64,000 nt of DNA from Mobula hypostoma (taxonomy: Eukaryota). A program made the position numbers and the translations under genes. Positions 1 through 13,240 of the stretch are shown here, piece by piece (position 1 is the first letter of the stretch; every line of letters starts with the position of its first letter). The notes below the pieces were generated by a model that was given only the letters and a program-made list of their open reading frames with translations, was not told the DNA's origin and ran no database searches. The DNA is taken from NCBI RefSeq assembly GCF_963921235.1, contig NC_086122.1, positions 33,356,001 through 33,420,000 of the forward strand. Direction: 5' to 3'.

Positions 1-964
1 GAATCCTTGTGACACATTTCAGTCAAGGCAGTTAAGGAGGAACCTGCCCACATCTTTCCCCTTTGCAGACAACAGGGAGACATTTCTATAGTTACTACTG
101 TCAGATTTGTCTCTTTATGAAGATGATTGTGCTTACCATATCTCTGCAGATAGTGAGATTGTTGATTTCCGACAAACTTAGTTTTAGAATTTAAGGAGGG
201 ATATTGCCTGAGGCTTTCTTAATTTTTATCTTTCCAATTTGTTGGTCAGGAGCAGCAGTAAAGGAGTTGCTGTGGGGGGAAGAGTATTTGTGTCAAGAAA
301 TGCAGTGCAATTAGCCTTCAAACAAGTTCAGTAAAGTGGGTATTGACTATCTGATTGTGCAGGGGGCTTGGTATCTTGTCTCTAGTCAGCTTTTACCAAC
401 ATAATAATTGTCAGCACATTACTGACTCTTCCACCCTCTATCAATAGGTTATAGATTTTCTGATTAACCTTTGATTTTGTGTGTCGACCTGTTTCTGTTC
501 CCTTGACGAATAGTAGACTTTGGCAATCCAGCACCCTTGGAACTGTGGTTGTATCAGACTGACAGATTTTTGAACTCTTGGATATTACTCCTAATACACA
601 CCGTACTCATAATTCACTTCTTAAAAATTTTTCCAGTTATCTAAATGAGTTTTAAAATAGGCTTCCAAACAATAGGATGGATTATCAGAATTTTACTGTA
701 ATCATTTACACTAGCACCCTACATGCATGCACACACAGAATTTCAATGGTGGGTAGGCTACTGCCCAGACATACCCTTCATCTGTCATGTTGTAAGTAAA
801 ATGTACACCACATCCTACAACACAGCAAAAGAAAACTTTTATGTAGTTTGATTCTTCACTTAACATTCTTAGTTGGAGCAAAGATTCCCTAAGTGAGTGT
901 TTGCTAATCCACATATGTACGAAAGGGTGCAATTCACAACATAGGAGGACAAAAGCCCAGCAGA

Positions 965-1515
965 GGTTACAAAAGCTATTCTGGGAATGAAAGAGTCAAC
1001 CTACAAGGAGTGTTTGATGGCTCTGGGCCTGTATTCACTGGAGTTCAGTAGAATGAGAGAGAACCTCATCAAAAACTACTAAATATTGAAAAGCCTCAAG
1101 CAGGGGCTCCCAACCTTTGTATGACATGGACCCCTATCATAAACCAAGGGATCTATGAATGCTTGGTTGGAACCCCTGGCCTAGGTAGTGGAATGTGGAG
1201 AGAATGTTTCCAATAGTGAAAGAGTCTATGACCAGAGGGCACAGCTCAGAATTCAAGGCTGTCTCATTAGAACAGAAGAACTCTTTTAGCCAGAAGGGAG
1301 TAAACCTGTGGAATTCATTGCCAAAGATGGCTGTGAAGGCCAATTCAGTGGGTATATTTAAAGCGGAGGTTGATAGTTTATTGATTAGTAAGGGCGTCAG
1401 AAGTTACAGGGAGAAGGCAAGAGAATATGGTTCAGAGGGAAAATAAATCAGCCATGATTGAATGGTGGAGTAGATTCAATTACCTGAGTGGGCTAATTCT
1501 GTTCCTATATCTTAT
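965..1515 (+). mobile_element. CR1 LINE 3' fragment
   Basis: RMFP...TRGHS...FSQKGVNLWNSLP peptide plus CR1 3' UTR; interrupted by a MITE. Confidence 0.8.
1101..1178. mobile_element. hAT-like MITE (78 bp)
   Basis: TIRs CAGGGGCTCCCAACC / GGTTGGAACCCCTG; related degenerate copies near 26255-26315 and 58060-58128. Confidence 0.6.
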
Positions 1516-1799
1516 GCCCGATACTAAAGTTGAAAAAGGACAAGAGAAATTAACAAAACCAGAGATTGAAATAATTAAAATATTATCTAAAATGGACTGG
1601 AACTAGGTAATGGCTTTAACCTCTCCCATTTAACTTGATGGAAATCATGCTCCTGTAATGCTGTCTTTAAAGACAAATCAGAGGTCTCAGAGGCTGCCTG
1701 TCATTGGTGAAGTCTTCATGTATCCCAGTTGGGGATCAACTGTTTTAACCTGTTTCCACTGAAACATAGGTGGTTAAAAACTAACACCCTGCCAGATTT

Positions 1800-2105
1800 T
1801 TATTTTATTTAGAGATACAGCACAGAATAGGCCCTTCTAGCCCCTTAAGCAACGTGACCCAACAACTCCCGATTTAACCCTAGCCCAATCATGGGACAAT
1901 TTGCAATGGCCAATTAACCGACCATATTGTATGTCTCTGGACCGAGGATGGAAACTGGAGGACCCAAAGAAAATCCATGCATTCAAACGGGGAGTCGTAA
2001 AGAGGCTCCTTACGCAGGCCATTGGAATTGAACTCTGACCCCTGACCCCCCCCCCACTGAGCTGTAATAGCGTTGCACTAACCACAACGCCACCGTGGCA
2101 CCCCA
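1800..2105 (-). mobile_element. tRNA-derived SINE (V-SINE/HE1-like)
   Basis: A-box GTGGTTAGTGC, B-box AGTTCAATTCC, central GGGTCCTCCAGTTTCC domain, AATAAAATAAA tail. Further copies at about 18590-18840(+), 19325-19600(-), 21845-22105(+), 28465-28700(-), 46630-46800(-), 54570-54750(-), 62490-62700(-), 63465-63670(-). Confidence 0.75.
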
Positions 2106-2290
2106 ATCCTTGTGGTCAGCTTCACACAAACAGAATCCTTCTTCCGGTGCACCTCTTTTGCTAGTCTTTACAACAAAAGCATTCGTGTCAGATCCGTAGG
2201 GCAGGATCACCGTGCTGCTAAATTTACCGCTTTTCTTTTGAACACATCTTATATTATAAACCATTGCCACACAGCTGCCGGTGGCTTGGC

Positions 2291-2903
2291 TTTATTGAGA
2301 AATGAATTTCAGCTTACGTTCCAGTGCATCAATGCAATCCAATATTTAAAAAAAAACATAACACGCTTGATGAAGACACTAATTTATCTAGGCACCCTGT
2401 TACTGACCTGGAAACACAGACAGGGAAAGGGAGAGCGATGACCCACATAATTACAACACTTTGCCCTTCACCTGGAAATGTGCAGCAGTTCAGTCAACCA
2501 GATGACTTCAAAACCAAACACACAACAGCCCATCTCAGAGCAGCATGTATATCAACATGGCCATGACTGGGCTAGAGCACACAGCTACCAGCAAGAAACA
2601 CTAGGTTGAACGCAAGTTCAGCCATTTCCATTTTATCAGCAGGTGGGGGGTTTGCATAGCACTTACTCAACAGCCTCCATGCTGAGTGAACAAGGAGAGA
2701 TTCTAACACAGGTTTATACATAATGTGTTGTAGCCAAATGTTATTGACACACACTGCTCCTCGTGTAAACTCAAGAGGAAAGAAAAATAAAGAACTATCA
2801 AGCATTTTCTGGGTGGCCCTGCCGTACCATGTCCTTCAATGGGATGCGAACTAAACTCTCACTCCAAGACTGATGCAAGGATATAGGAAATGGAGATTTT
2901 ATT
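2291..2903 (-). terminator. Candidate NUDC polyadenylation signals (AATAAA at 2903-2898 and 2296-2291)
   Basis: TTTATT on the plus strand at 2898-2903 and 2291-2296, in non-repetitive sequence downstream of the NUDC stop. Confidence 0.5.
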
Positions 2904-3267
2904 TGGACAGAGATATTATCGGGTAGAGCCCTGTTTGAAAATGATAAAGACCACTGTAACTGCACTGCACATTGCCAGACAGTAGTTCACAGCTAGTCTG
3001 TGAAACTGACACACTAAGGAGGTGCAATGATCGTCATGAGGCCAGCCAGAAAATGCAAATTCATCGGCTAACACCATCTGATGTATGCAGTGTGGTGACT
3101 GCAATGCAGATGTTAGACATTCTGTATGCGCTCAGGAACAACCCAAATGGTGAAACAAACTCGGGATGCAGGATGCACAGATCGAGGCAATGCTCATAAT
3201 GAAACCATTTTGCAGAAACTCTTCCAATAGTCTGAGTATCCCTTTCAGCCCCAGGGCAGGCACATCT

Positions 3268-3319
3268 TTAACTGAACTTGGCCTTTGAGAAGTCCATTTC
3301 AGGGTGCTGCTCCATGAAC
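3268..3319 (-). CDS. NUDC: NUDC exon 9, coding part (KFMEQHPEMDFSKAKFS*)
   Basis: Acceptor CCCTGCAG; phase 2 completes the Lys codon; TAA at 3270-3268. Total CDS 1017 nt = 338 aa. Confidence 0.96.
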
Positions 3320-4184
3320 CTGCAGGGAAGCACAGGAAGATTAAATGTTACAGGACTAATGCTACTAATTTAAAAGTTTTATTTCATATGATTTTTTTTT
3401 TAATCCTAACGAGTAGACATCTGCCCAGGACCTTCAGAAGAGTTAACGGAAAGCTTGGTCAAAATATAATCAACCACAATTCACATTTTTATCCACTCCA
3501 CAGCCTTCAGCAAACAGAGCGACAGGTTTAAATGGACCCATTGCTTTGTTGCCTACTAAACCTGTTGGCAAACGTTACAGGAGGCCTCAATGCATTAATC
3601 TGGCCCCAACCAGACCCAGTGTCCCAAGAGTGTTTAGGAAATAGACTTTCCCCCATTATAATGGGCTGTGCTATGGCAATGTACAAACTCCTAGACATCA
3701 ATCAGGAACAGATTCAGGGCATCCCGTACCTCAACGAGGATTATCTAACTGCAGACAGCAGAGCTCACACCTTGGTATATCCAATTAACCTAGTCAGAGT
3801 AATACAGCACAGAAACAGGCCCTTCAGTCCAACTGGTCACTACTGACCACAGCATCCTCCCTGCCAATGTTTAGCCCATAACTCTCCAAGCTCCTTCCCC
3901 CCATGGTCCTGTCCAAGTGCTTCTTATTGGAATTGTAACTGCCTTGACCACTTCCTCTGAAAGCACATTCCAGGTATTCACTACCCTGTGCAAAGAAGTT
4001 GCCCTTTTAAATCTCTCTCCTTTCCTTTTGTATCTGTGCAGTCTGGTTTCAGACTCGCCAAATCTGGGGAAAAGATTATGACCTTACACTATATCCATGC
4101 CCCTCACGATATGAACTTCTATGATGTCACCCCTCATTCTCCTGAGCTCCAGGGAATAAGCTTTAAGTTAGGTCAAAAGCTTTA

Positions 4185-4880
4185 AGTTCCTCAGGGTCAA
4201 TATCACAAATGACCTGACTTGGTCCAACCAAGCAGAGTTCACTGCCAAGAAGGCCCACCAGCGTCTTTACTTCCTGAGAAAACTAAAGAAATTTGGCCTG
4301 TCCCCTAAAACCCTCACTAATTTTTATAGATGCACCGTAGAAAGCATTCTTCTAGGGTGCATCACAATCTGGTATGGAAGTTGTCCTGTTCAAGACCGAA
4401 AGAAGCTGCTGAAGATCGTGACCACGGCGCAGCACATCACACGAACCAATCTTCCGTCCGTGGACTCACTTTACACCGCACGCCGTCGGAGCAGTGCTGC
4501 CAGGATAATCAAGGACACGACCCACCCAGCCAACACACTTTTCGTCCCTCTTCGCTCCGGGAGAAGGCTCAGGAGCTTGAAGACTCGTACGGCCAGATTT
4601 GGGAACAGCTTCTTTCCAACTGTGATAAGACTGCTGAACGGATCCTGACCCGGATCTGGGCCGTACCCTCCAAATATCCGGACCTGCCTCTCGGTTTTTT
4701 TTTGCACTACCTTACCTTCTAATTTTCTATTTATGATTTACAATTTAAATCTTTAATTTTACTAATTTTTAATATTTAATATTTGTAATCCAGGGAGCAG
4801 GAAGCACCGAATCAAATATCGCTGTGATGATTGTACGTTCTAGTATCAATTGTTTGGCGACAATAAAGTATAAAGCATAA
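4185..4880 (+). mobile_element. Rex1/Babar-type LINE 3' fragment, weakly diverged
   Basis: Open frame ...KKAHQRLYFLRKLKKFGLSPKTLTNFYRCTVESILLGCITIWYG...IIKDTTHP...LRSGRRLRS...NSFFPTVIRLLN; its 3' tail recurs almost identically at ~17990-18145. Confidence 0.75.
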
Positions 4881-6594
4881 AGATCTAGTATGGTCCAACC
4901 ACTCCCTTAACTCGGGTCCTTTAACCAGGCAGCCTCCTCATATGTCTCTTTTGTAGCCTGTCCGGTATCCTTCTTACAACAGGGTGACATACAACTGTAC
5001 ACCTCACCAATGACTTTTATAGCTGTTACTTTATGTCCGTATTCAATAGTTTCAGTGTCCTGACTGAAGGCGGCCAGCATATTAAACACCTTCTTCACCA
5101 CTCTGCAGGGCTGTTTTGCACAGACTGTGCACTTGTCCCTCTGTTCCACAACACTGCTATTCACAGTTCAAGTCCTATGCTGGTTTGACGGTTCAAAATG
5201 CATGACCTCTCACTCATCGGAAGTTCAAATACATTTGCCATTCCTCAGCCCCCCTCTCTGACTGACCGAGGTCTCTTTGCAATTCATTATCAACAAGACC
5301 CTCTAATGTGACAATCATCTGAACTGTAGAGAACAGGCAGATAGAAGATTACTCAAAATTCTGAGACGCGCAAAGTGGAAAAAATGTTTCAGAGTATGTA
5401 TCAAAATCTTAAAAAGGCAGGAAAAACTCAGGGGTGGGTGGGTGGGTGGGGGTGTGTGTGTGTGTGTGTGCGCTCATACTCTTCATTATAAATTTAAATT
5501 AATCCAGATGTTAACAACATTTAATAAAACAGAGAGACTCACAGACAGGAGAAGGAAGAAAGAAATTTTTTTTTTTTGCAAAATGAGTGGAGAAACCGGA
5601 GATGGCTACTTTTCAAAACTGGAGGATATAACAGTAAATGGTTTGTGAGAGAATGCAAACCAATAAAACAAACCACAGTAGCCAAGAACCATTTACAAAT
5701 ACTTTCCACGCAAGGTAATTAGTCTTGATAGAGGATTTGATCAGCCTCAAAAATTGAGCTTTGAACTCCAAAGATGGAGTTACAGGCAGAAGCCACACTC
5801 AATCAGGCCATAAGCTGGAGGCAGGTAGGTGTTGGGACCAGGACCAGGAGTTTGCCCTGTGGAACAGAAGTCTGAACTTAGAAGATTCAGTAGGTTAGAA
5901 AAGGTAAATGTGTGTTTGTGCATGTGTGAATGTCTGTGTCTGGGTGTCTCTGTGCCTCTCTGTCCCTGTGTGTGCGTGTGTTTCAATTAAAAGGCTCAAA
6001 CCTGAATTTCTAAATCTGCTTCTCTCTTCAAGCAGACTGCCTCTCTCGTTTCTCCAGGACTTTTCTCTTATTGCCTTTCTGTTACTTGTGCATTTCACAG
6101 TAATGGAAAATTTTTGTTCCATTTCTGCGTGCCCAATCGGAGATGCTTGGTTAGAGAGAGATATCAGTACCCTGTTCATGATTTCATTTCAGTGTTACAG
6201 CACCTTTTGGTGCCTCCACAATCAGACTAAAGGCAAGGTTACAGCTCATAGCTTTGTTAATCTTTGACCATCAAGGAGGCTTAGTGATCTGAAAAACAGC
6301 ACATTGCAACACACATATTGACCCAATTAGGAAACAACCCACTTCCACAGGGCACACATTATCTAACATATTCCTCTTGCATGCTTTGTGAGTCAGTGGG
6401 CACTCTTGTGCAACTGATCTGCTTAATTCTGATGCCTTACGTGCCCGATCCTAAATAACTCAAAAGACTTAGCAACTAGGAGATGGGTATTCTGATATTT
6501 TTTCTAACTTCAAAACATTCAGGTAAGGACATGTTCGGCACAGCTTTGTGGGCCGAAGGGCCTGTATTGTGCTGTAGGTTTTCTATGTTTCTAA

Positions 6595-7130
6595 AACATT
6601 CAACTAATTAAAAGGAAGACACGGAGTCAGAAATGCAAGTCTAACTCTGTGTTTACTTTCAACAAGGCGCACCACGTATCACGTGGTAGTGTCATGACGC
6701 ACGTAATTTGCTTATTTTTACACATAACCCATAATTAATTATTTAAGTGAATAAGAATCCTTAATCAAACAATATATTTACATTACTCAAATACTACTGA
6801 AATATTAAACACACAACATTCCTCCCTGCTTAGCTATAAACACCAACTCACTACAGAATGCATCTCAACTATATACACAATATATTATAGAGTACATCTG
6901 CAGCATAATTAATGTTTAACCATCCCATTCAGGCCTAAAGATTTAATCGCTGTAGGGGATTTCTTACTCTTGTGGGGAAATATCTTTCCTGGGTGCGGGG
7001 GGGAAATTGCTCTACTTGGCAGGCAAGACTTGTGACTGTGAAACAAACTCAGATTCTGAACTTTCTCCGTGGTGGTTGTACAAGTTGACTCAGACTGCAG
7101 GAAGTGGTACTGACAACTCTGGACACCCTT
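6595..7130 (-). mobile_element. Gypsy-like LTR retrotransposon 3' end (pol tail, PPT, 3' LTR)
   Basis: Minus strand: degenerate RYFPTRVR..P..RL integrase tail (~6985-6940), purine tract AGGGAGGAA (6827-6819) abutting LTR start TGTTGT (6818). Confidence 0.6.
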
Positions 7131-7978
7131 CTTCTTCTTTGCTTTTATGTTGTTTTTGACCTCCCTTGTCAGCCACAGATGTATCATCCTGCCTTTGGAA
7201 TACTTCTTCTTCGGGATGTATCTACCTAGCACCTTCCAAATTGCTCCCAGAAACCCCAGCCAGTGTTGTTCTACCATCATCCCTGCTAGTGTCCCCTTCC
7301 AATCAACTTTGGCCAGCTCCTCTCTCAAGCCTCTATAATTCCCCTTATTCCACTGTAATACTGATACATCTGACTTTAGCTTCTATCATATCATGATCAC
7401 TGTCTCCCAAGGGTTCCTATACCTTAAGCCTAATCAAATCAGATTAATTAAACCAGCTCAGTTGTTTGTAACCCTTTCAATTCTAATATTAGTCTTCATT
7501 AATACCTCCAACAAGAAGAGAAACCTGCTTAAACATCTGCACTTATTGGCTTTGCTGGATTGTAAACCATCTGTCACCAACTAACACAAAACATATTTGA
7601 AACCATCTATTCAGGATACAAATGCCCATTGACCCACCTGGCTGCACGCCACACCCCAACCAAATGACCAAATTACCAAAAGTTTCATTCATCCTGTATC
7701 TTTTCCCCTGACTACTGCAAGTTATAGCAACAAACAAAATGCTGAAGAAACTTAGCAGGTCAGGCAGCATCTACAGACGCATTCAACCTAAAGCTGTCCA
7801 TTTCCCTCCATTGATACCGCCTGATTTACTGAGTTCCTCCTGGTGTTTAGTGTACTGCTCCCAAAGTCCAACATCTGCAGTCTCGTGTCTCCAAACCGCA
7901 TGTTATAGACTATGTATCTCGGACGTGGTGGACCATTAACAAATACAGCAGCTTACATTAGCTGCAAAGAGTACGTAC

Positions 7979-8097
7979 TTTTTCAACATGTCTTGTTTTT
8001 TCTGCTCCTCTGAAGTGGGTAGTCCCATAGCTTTCTGGCGCTGGTCATACATCATTTTCTCCACCATACTCCGAGTCTCACCATCCAAGTCTGATAA
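7979..8097 (-). CDS. NUDC: NUDC exon 8 ([39 protein letters not shown])
   Basis: Acceptor CCATAG, donor AA|GTACGT; NudC C-terminal domain; 119 nt, ends in phase 2. Confidence 0.96.
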
Positions 8098-9829
8098 CTA
8101 TGGTACAGAAGGGAAAGTCTCCATGTTCAAAGTAAATTAGCAAAGTACGTACATAAATGTTACCACATGCAACCCTGAGATTCACTTCCTTCCAGCATTC
8201 ACAGTAAATACAAAAAACACAACAGAATCAATGAAAGACCACACCCAACAGGGTGGGCAAGCAACTAACGTGCAAAAGACAGAAACTGTGCAAATACAAA
8301 GAGAAACAATAATAATAATAATAATATCAAGAACGTGAGATGAAGAGTCTTTGAAAGTGAATCCACAGGTTGTGGGAACAGTTCAGTGATGCGGTAAGTA
8401 AAGTTGAGTGAAGTTAGTTGAAGAGCCCTAATGGTTGTGGGGTGCTAACTATCAACTTATTCTTATCAAGAAGAACAAGACTTGATTGGTTAATATAACG
8501 AATTATTCAACAAGAACAGTTATCATCTTTTCACAAATTATGAAATGGGAAAATGGCCCAGAAAATACTCCACATAATGAGCAATTTTGAAACTTTTATA
8601 AAAATACAATTGCATGAATTGCTATCATCTTTCTTGGAAAGTAGATACAGATTGTCCATGCTCAGAGCATGGAGGCCACTGGGAATGTAACAGTGACATC
8701 AACATCAAAAGGAATGCAGCAGTAGACTGGAGTAGATGGCAATTTCATTGGCTGGAGAGGCCATAAATTATGATAAAGGCAAATATTTTAAACTTGATGC
8801 ATGGAGGACATATCAGTCAAATATAAACATGAGAAAGTCTGTAGATGCTAGAAATCCAAAGCAACACACACTAAATGCATCTATGAAAATGAATAAAGAG
8901 TCAACGATTTAGGCCAAGACCCTTCTTCAGGACGGGCGAAGGTGCCAGAATAAAAAGATTTATTACAAGGCAGAGTATGAGCTGCAACGTTTTGAATATC
9001 AGATATTTCAGACTGGCAAAAGGAAAACCAAAACCAGAGTAAAAATGAAAAACTAGACAACCCATAACTTCAATTACTTGCTCGGATAAAGAACAGGCAA
9101 AAGGCATTGATGGACCTCAGACAGGAATCACATAATAGCTTTGCTTTCTTCGAATGCTCAACTAGAGAAATCTCCAGCTCATGCATGCCAGCTGTTAGTG
9201 GTGACAACTAGATTAAAAGAACATTCAACCTGGAATAACAAATAGTTAAGGATAGGAGATGATGAGCCAAAAACCTGAGCAGGTTTTAAGTGTCTTAAAA
9301 AGGATTTTAAAAGGAGAAGGCAGATATCCTGATAGAATTATGAAAAGAATACCAACAAAACCTAGGTCATTGGAACAAACTTATCAATAATGAGATTGAA
9401 AAGATGACAGATGGAGGATGAATGTTATTTTTAAAAAAGTAAACATGTTCAAGGGAAAGAGGCAAGGCCTTGGAGGTTATTTAAAGTCAAGGATAAATTA
9501 GGAATTATCAAAAGGGGACGTAGAATTGTCCTTTGAGGAAACTAATCAGAGTGTACATTACATAATAGGGAGACTAAAACTAATGAAGAGGAAGGGAAAC
9601 AATGATGAACAGAGTACAAAATGTTTTTGAAAGGAAGACAAACTGGAGTGAAATTAAATAAGAGGTGGCCCAAATAACAACGATGGAAAAAGTCTCAGAG
9701 CTAAAGCTGTTGTACTTCATCTAAGCATCATCATTTATAAATAGAATGTTATACTAAACAGCTTTTTCAGATATATAATGAATAAAACAAAGGAGAGAAT
9801 AGATATTGGCTGACTTGAAAATGACACTG

Positions 9830-11470
9830 GAGCGATAGTACGGGTGGAACAAGGAAATGGCAGATGAACTGAATAAGTATTTTGCATCAATTTTCACTGC
9901 GACACTAGTAGTATACTAGAAGTTCAGAGTGTCAAGGGGCAGAAGTGAGTACAGTTACTATTACAAATGAGATGTACTTGGGACACCGTAAGGTCTGAAG
10001 GTAGATAAGTCACCTGGATCTGACGGACCAAAAGAGGTAGCTGAAGGAATTGTGGGGGCATTAATAATGACCTTTCATGAACCAGTGGGTTCCAGCACGA
10101 TTCCAAGGACTGGAAAATTTCAAACACCACTCCACTTTTCAAGAAGGGAGAGAGGCAGAAGAAAGAAAATTTAAGCCAGTTAGGCTGACCTCAGTGGTTG
10201 GTAAGAAGTTGGAGAAAACTATTAAGGATGAGGTTTCTAGGTACTTGGCGGTAAATGATAAAATAGGCCAAAATCAGATTGGTTTCCTCATGGGAAAATC
10301 TTACCTGACAAATCTGTTGGAATTCTTTGGAGAAATAACAAGCAGGATAGACAAATGACAATCAGTGAATGTTATGTCTTTGGATTTTCAGAAGGCCTCT
10401 AACAAGGGTGCTAAACAAGAGCCCAAGGTATTACATGAAAGGTCTCAGCATGGATAGAGCAGTGGCTGATTGGCAGGAAGCAAAGAGTGGGAATAAAGGG
10501 ATACTTTTTGGATTGGCTACTGTTGATTAGCGGTGTTCCACGTGGATCTGTGTTGGAGCCGCTTCTTTTTATGTTGTATGCAAATAATTTAGATGATGGA
10601 ATTGACAGCTTTGTGGCCAAGTTTGTGGAGAAATGAAGACAGGTGGAGGGGCAGGTAGTGTTGAGGAAACAGAGAGGCTGCAGAAGGACTTAGTCAGATC
10701 CGGAGAAAGGGATAAGAAGTGGCAGGTGGAATACAGTGTCAGAAAGTATATGGTCATGCACTTTGGTAAAAGGAATAAAAGCAGAGACTACTTTCTGAAC
10801 GGGAAGAAAATTCAAAAAAATCAAAGGCATTTGGGAGTCCTTGTGCAGGACTTCCTAAAGGTTAACTTGCAGGTTGAATCTCTGATGAGGAAGGTGAATG
10901 CAATGTTAGAATTCATTTCAGGAGGACCAGAATATAAGAGCAAGGACGTAATGCTGAGGCTGTATAAGGCATTGGAGTATTGTGAGCAGTTTTAGGCCCT
11001 TTATTTATGAGATTGGAGAGGGTTTAGGAGGTCCATGAGAATGATTCCGGGACTGAAAGAGTTCCATGAGCAACGATTGAAGGCTCTGGGCCTATACTTG
11101 CTGCAATTTAGAAGAATGAAGGGGCATCTCATTAAAACCTATCAAATACTGAAAGGCCTAGATAGGGTAGATGTGAAGAGGATGTTTCCTTTGCTGGGGG
11201 AGTCTAGGACCAGAGGGCACAGTCTCAAAATAAAAGGAAGTCCATTTGGAACAGAGATGATAAGGAATTTCTTTAGCCAGAGGGTGGTGAAATTGTGGAA
11301 TTCATTGCCACAGGTAGTTATGGAGGCCAGGTCATTGGGTGCATTTAAGACAGAGGTTAATAGGTTCTTGATTGGATATGGGCAAAAGGTAGGAGGATGG
11401 GGTTGAGAGGGAAATGGATCAGCCATGACGGAACAGACTCAATAGGCTGAATGACCTAATTCTTTTTTTA
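9830..11470 (+). mobile_element. CR1 LINE ORF2 (RT) remnant with 3' end
   Basis: Frameshifted RT motifs: PVRLTSVVGK, SYLTNLLEFF, GVPRGSVLEPLLF, MHFGKRN, FFSQRVVKLWNSLP. Confidence 0.9.
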
Positions 11471-11489
11471 TGTCTCATAGTCTCTTGGG

Positions 11490-11745
11490 ACCCAGCTGGT
11501 GGCGTAGTGGCATCAGTGCTGGACTTCGGGACGAAAGGTCCCGAGTTCGAATCCAGCCGGCTCACCTGCATGCTTTCCATCTGTTCAGGGTTACAAGCTG
11601 GTGATCTCTTTGGAAACTCACCTGGCAGAAGGCAATGGCAAACCACTGCTGTAACTTGCCTCGTACACGATTCTCCACTACGTCAGAGAGGCGTGAAGGG
11701 AAATCGCCCGCTAACCGGAAAAACTCCGGATGCCACATACCTTTC
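11490..11745 (+). mobile_element. tRNA-derived SINE of a second family
   Basis: TGGCGTAGTGG A-box and GAGTTCGAATCC B-box; relatives at about 53078-53265(+) and 44995-45165(-). Confidence 0.65.
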
Positions 11746-12120
11746 CTATAGTCTCTTGATTATAATGTCCATATGTCTCAAAGAAAACATGTGCAATTGT
11801 TCTCTGCTACAAATGTGGTGCAAGGGTTTAAAATTTGATGTGTTAAAACTTTCTGGCTGAGAACCCCATTCTTCTGAACTACCGCAAGCAATTGATTACA
11901 ACTGATGTTAACTATTCACACTTAGTCAGTGCAGAGGATTATAAAGATATACAGGATTATAAAGTTCACAGACAAAAAATAAACAAAAACCATGTCTGGG
12001 CATTTTGCATATTACAGAAGGCTCAAATTATAACATTTAAAATTTAAAGTCACTGCATTGTTCGGGAAGCATGTTCTTTTCTCACCACAGGTCAGGACTG
12101 AGGCAGATAAGGATACTCAC

Positions 12121-12204
12121 CTTTGAATTCTCAGGGTTAATTTTTTTGGTATTAATCTCAGGATCTGTTGTCACTAATTTGTTCCACCATTCCATTTTAT
12201 TAAT
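12121..12204 (-). CDS. NUDC: NUDC exon 7 ([28 protein letters not shown])
   Basis: Acceptor TTTTCAG, donor AAG|GTGAGT; 84 nt; near-identical to the human peptide. Confidence 0.96.
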
Positions 12205-12859
12205 CTGAAAATAGAAAACAAGAAGTACACAGAGCATACAAATGAACTGGAATTCAGCACCAAGTCAATGCAATAAGTAGCAATCCCTTGTACATCTCAC
12301 ACCTCCACCATCCCCACCACCAGGGTAAACATCGCTCACAGAAATGGATTTCCAGGTCACAAAGTGGGGATAGGACTTTAACCCTCACTTGCAGATCAGG
12401 AAACTCTGACTAACCTTTCTTTACAGAGGAATGATCCTCCAACAACTGGGCACTCTCTACCTGTAAACACTACACCTACTAGGCTAAAAAGCAATTCAAG
12501 GACTGAGACATGAGCAAATGTCCTGGGTTGACATGCAAACGTAAACCCAGTTTCTACAGAAAAAAGGAGTAAGAGACCAGTTAGCCTGCAAGGAAAAAAT
12601 GGTAAAGTTATTAAAGATGTCGTAACAGGACACTCAATAAATATCAACAGCATTAGACAAGGTCAAAGTGGATTTGACAGTATTTGTCAAACACACTGGA
12701 GTTATTTGAAGATGCAACAAGAATAAATAAAAGAGAAGCAGTCTATGCGGCATATTGAATTTCTAGAAAGTTCCACTTAATAAAGATCCATATAATAGGT
12801 AATTGTCCAAAACTAAAGCATGTGGAATTGGGAATCATACACTGCTATTGTAACAAACC

Positions 12860-13240
12860 GATGACATGAATATCGATTTCTCTTTCGGTACACTATTTCC
12901 TACCCCCCCCCCCATTCCCCACTCTGACCTTTTACCTTCCTAGGTACTCTCCCTCCTTCCCTTTCTCCCAGGTCCACTCTATCAGATTCCTTCTTCTCCA
13001 GTCCTTGCCCTTTCCCGCCCACCAGGCTTCACCTACCACCTTCCAGCTAGCCTCTTTTGTTTCCCCCCACCTTTTTATTCTGGCATCTTTCCCCTTCCTT
13101 CTCAGTCCTGAAGAAGGGTCTCGGCCCGAAACGATAACTGTCTACTCTTTTCCTTAGATGCTGCCTGGCCTGCTGAGTTGCTCCAGCATTTTGTGTGCGT
13201 TGCTTTGGATTTCCAGTATCTGCAGATTTTCTCGTGCTTG
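12860..13240 (+). mobile_element. Penelope-like element 3' region/pLTR with hammerhead motif
   Basis: ACATGAATATCGATTTCTC ORF end, pyrimidine-rich spacer, CTGAAGA...GAAA motif, GATGCTGCCTGGCCTGCTGAG tail. Relatives at 8825-8960(-), 16900-17410(-), 29755-29885(-), 41740-42320(+), 47370-47912(-), 48095-48270(+). Confidence 0.7.
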
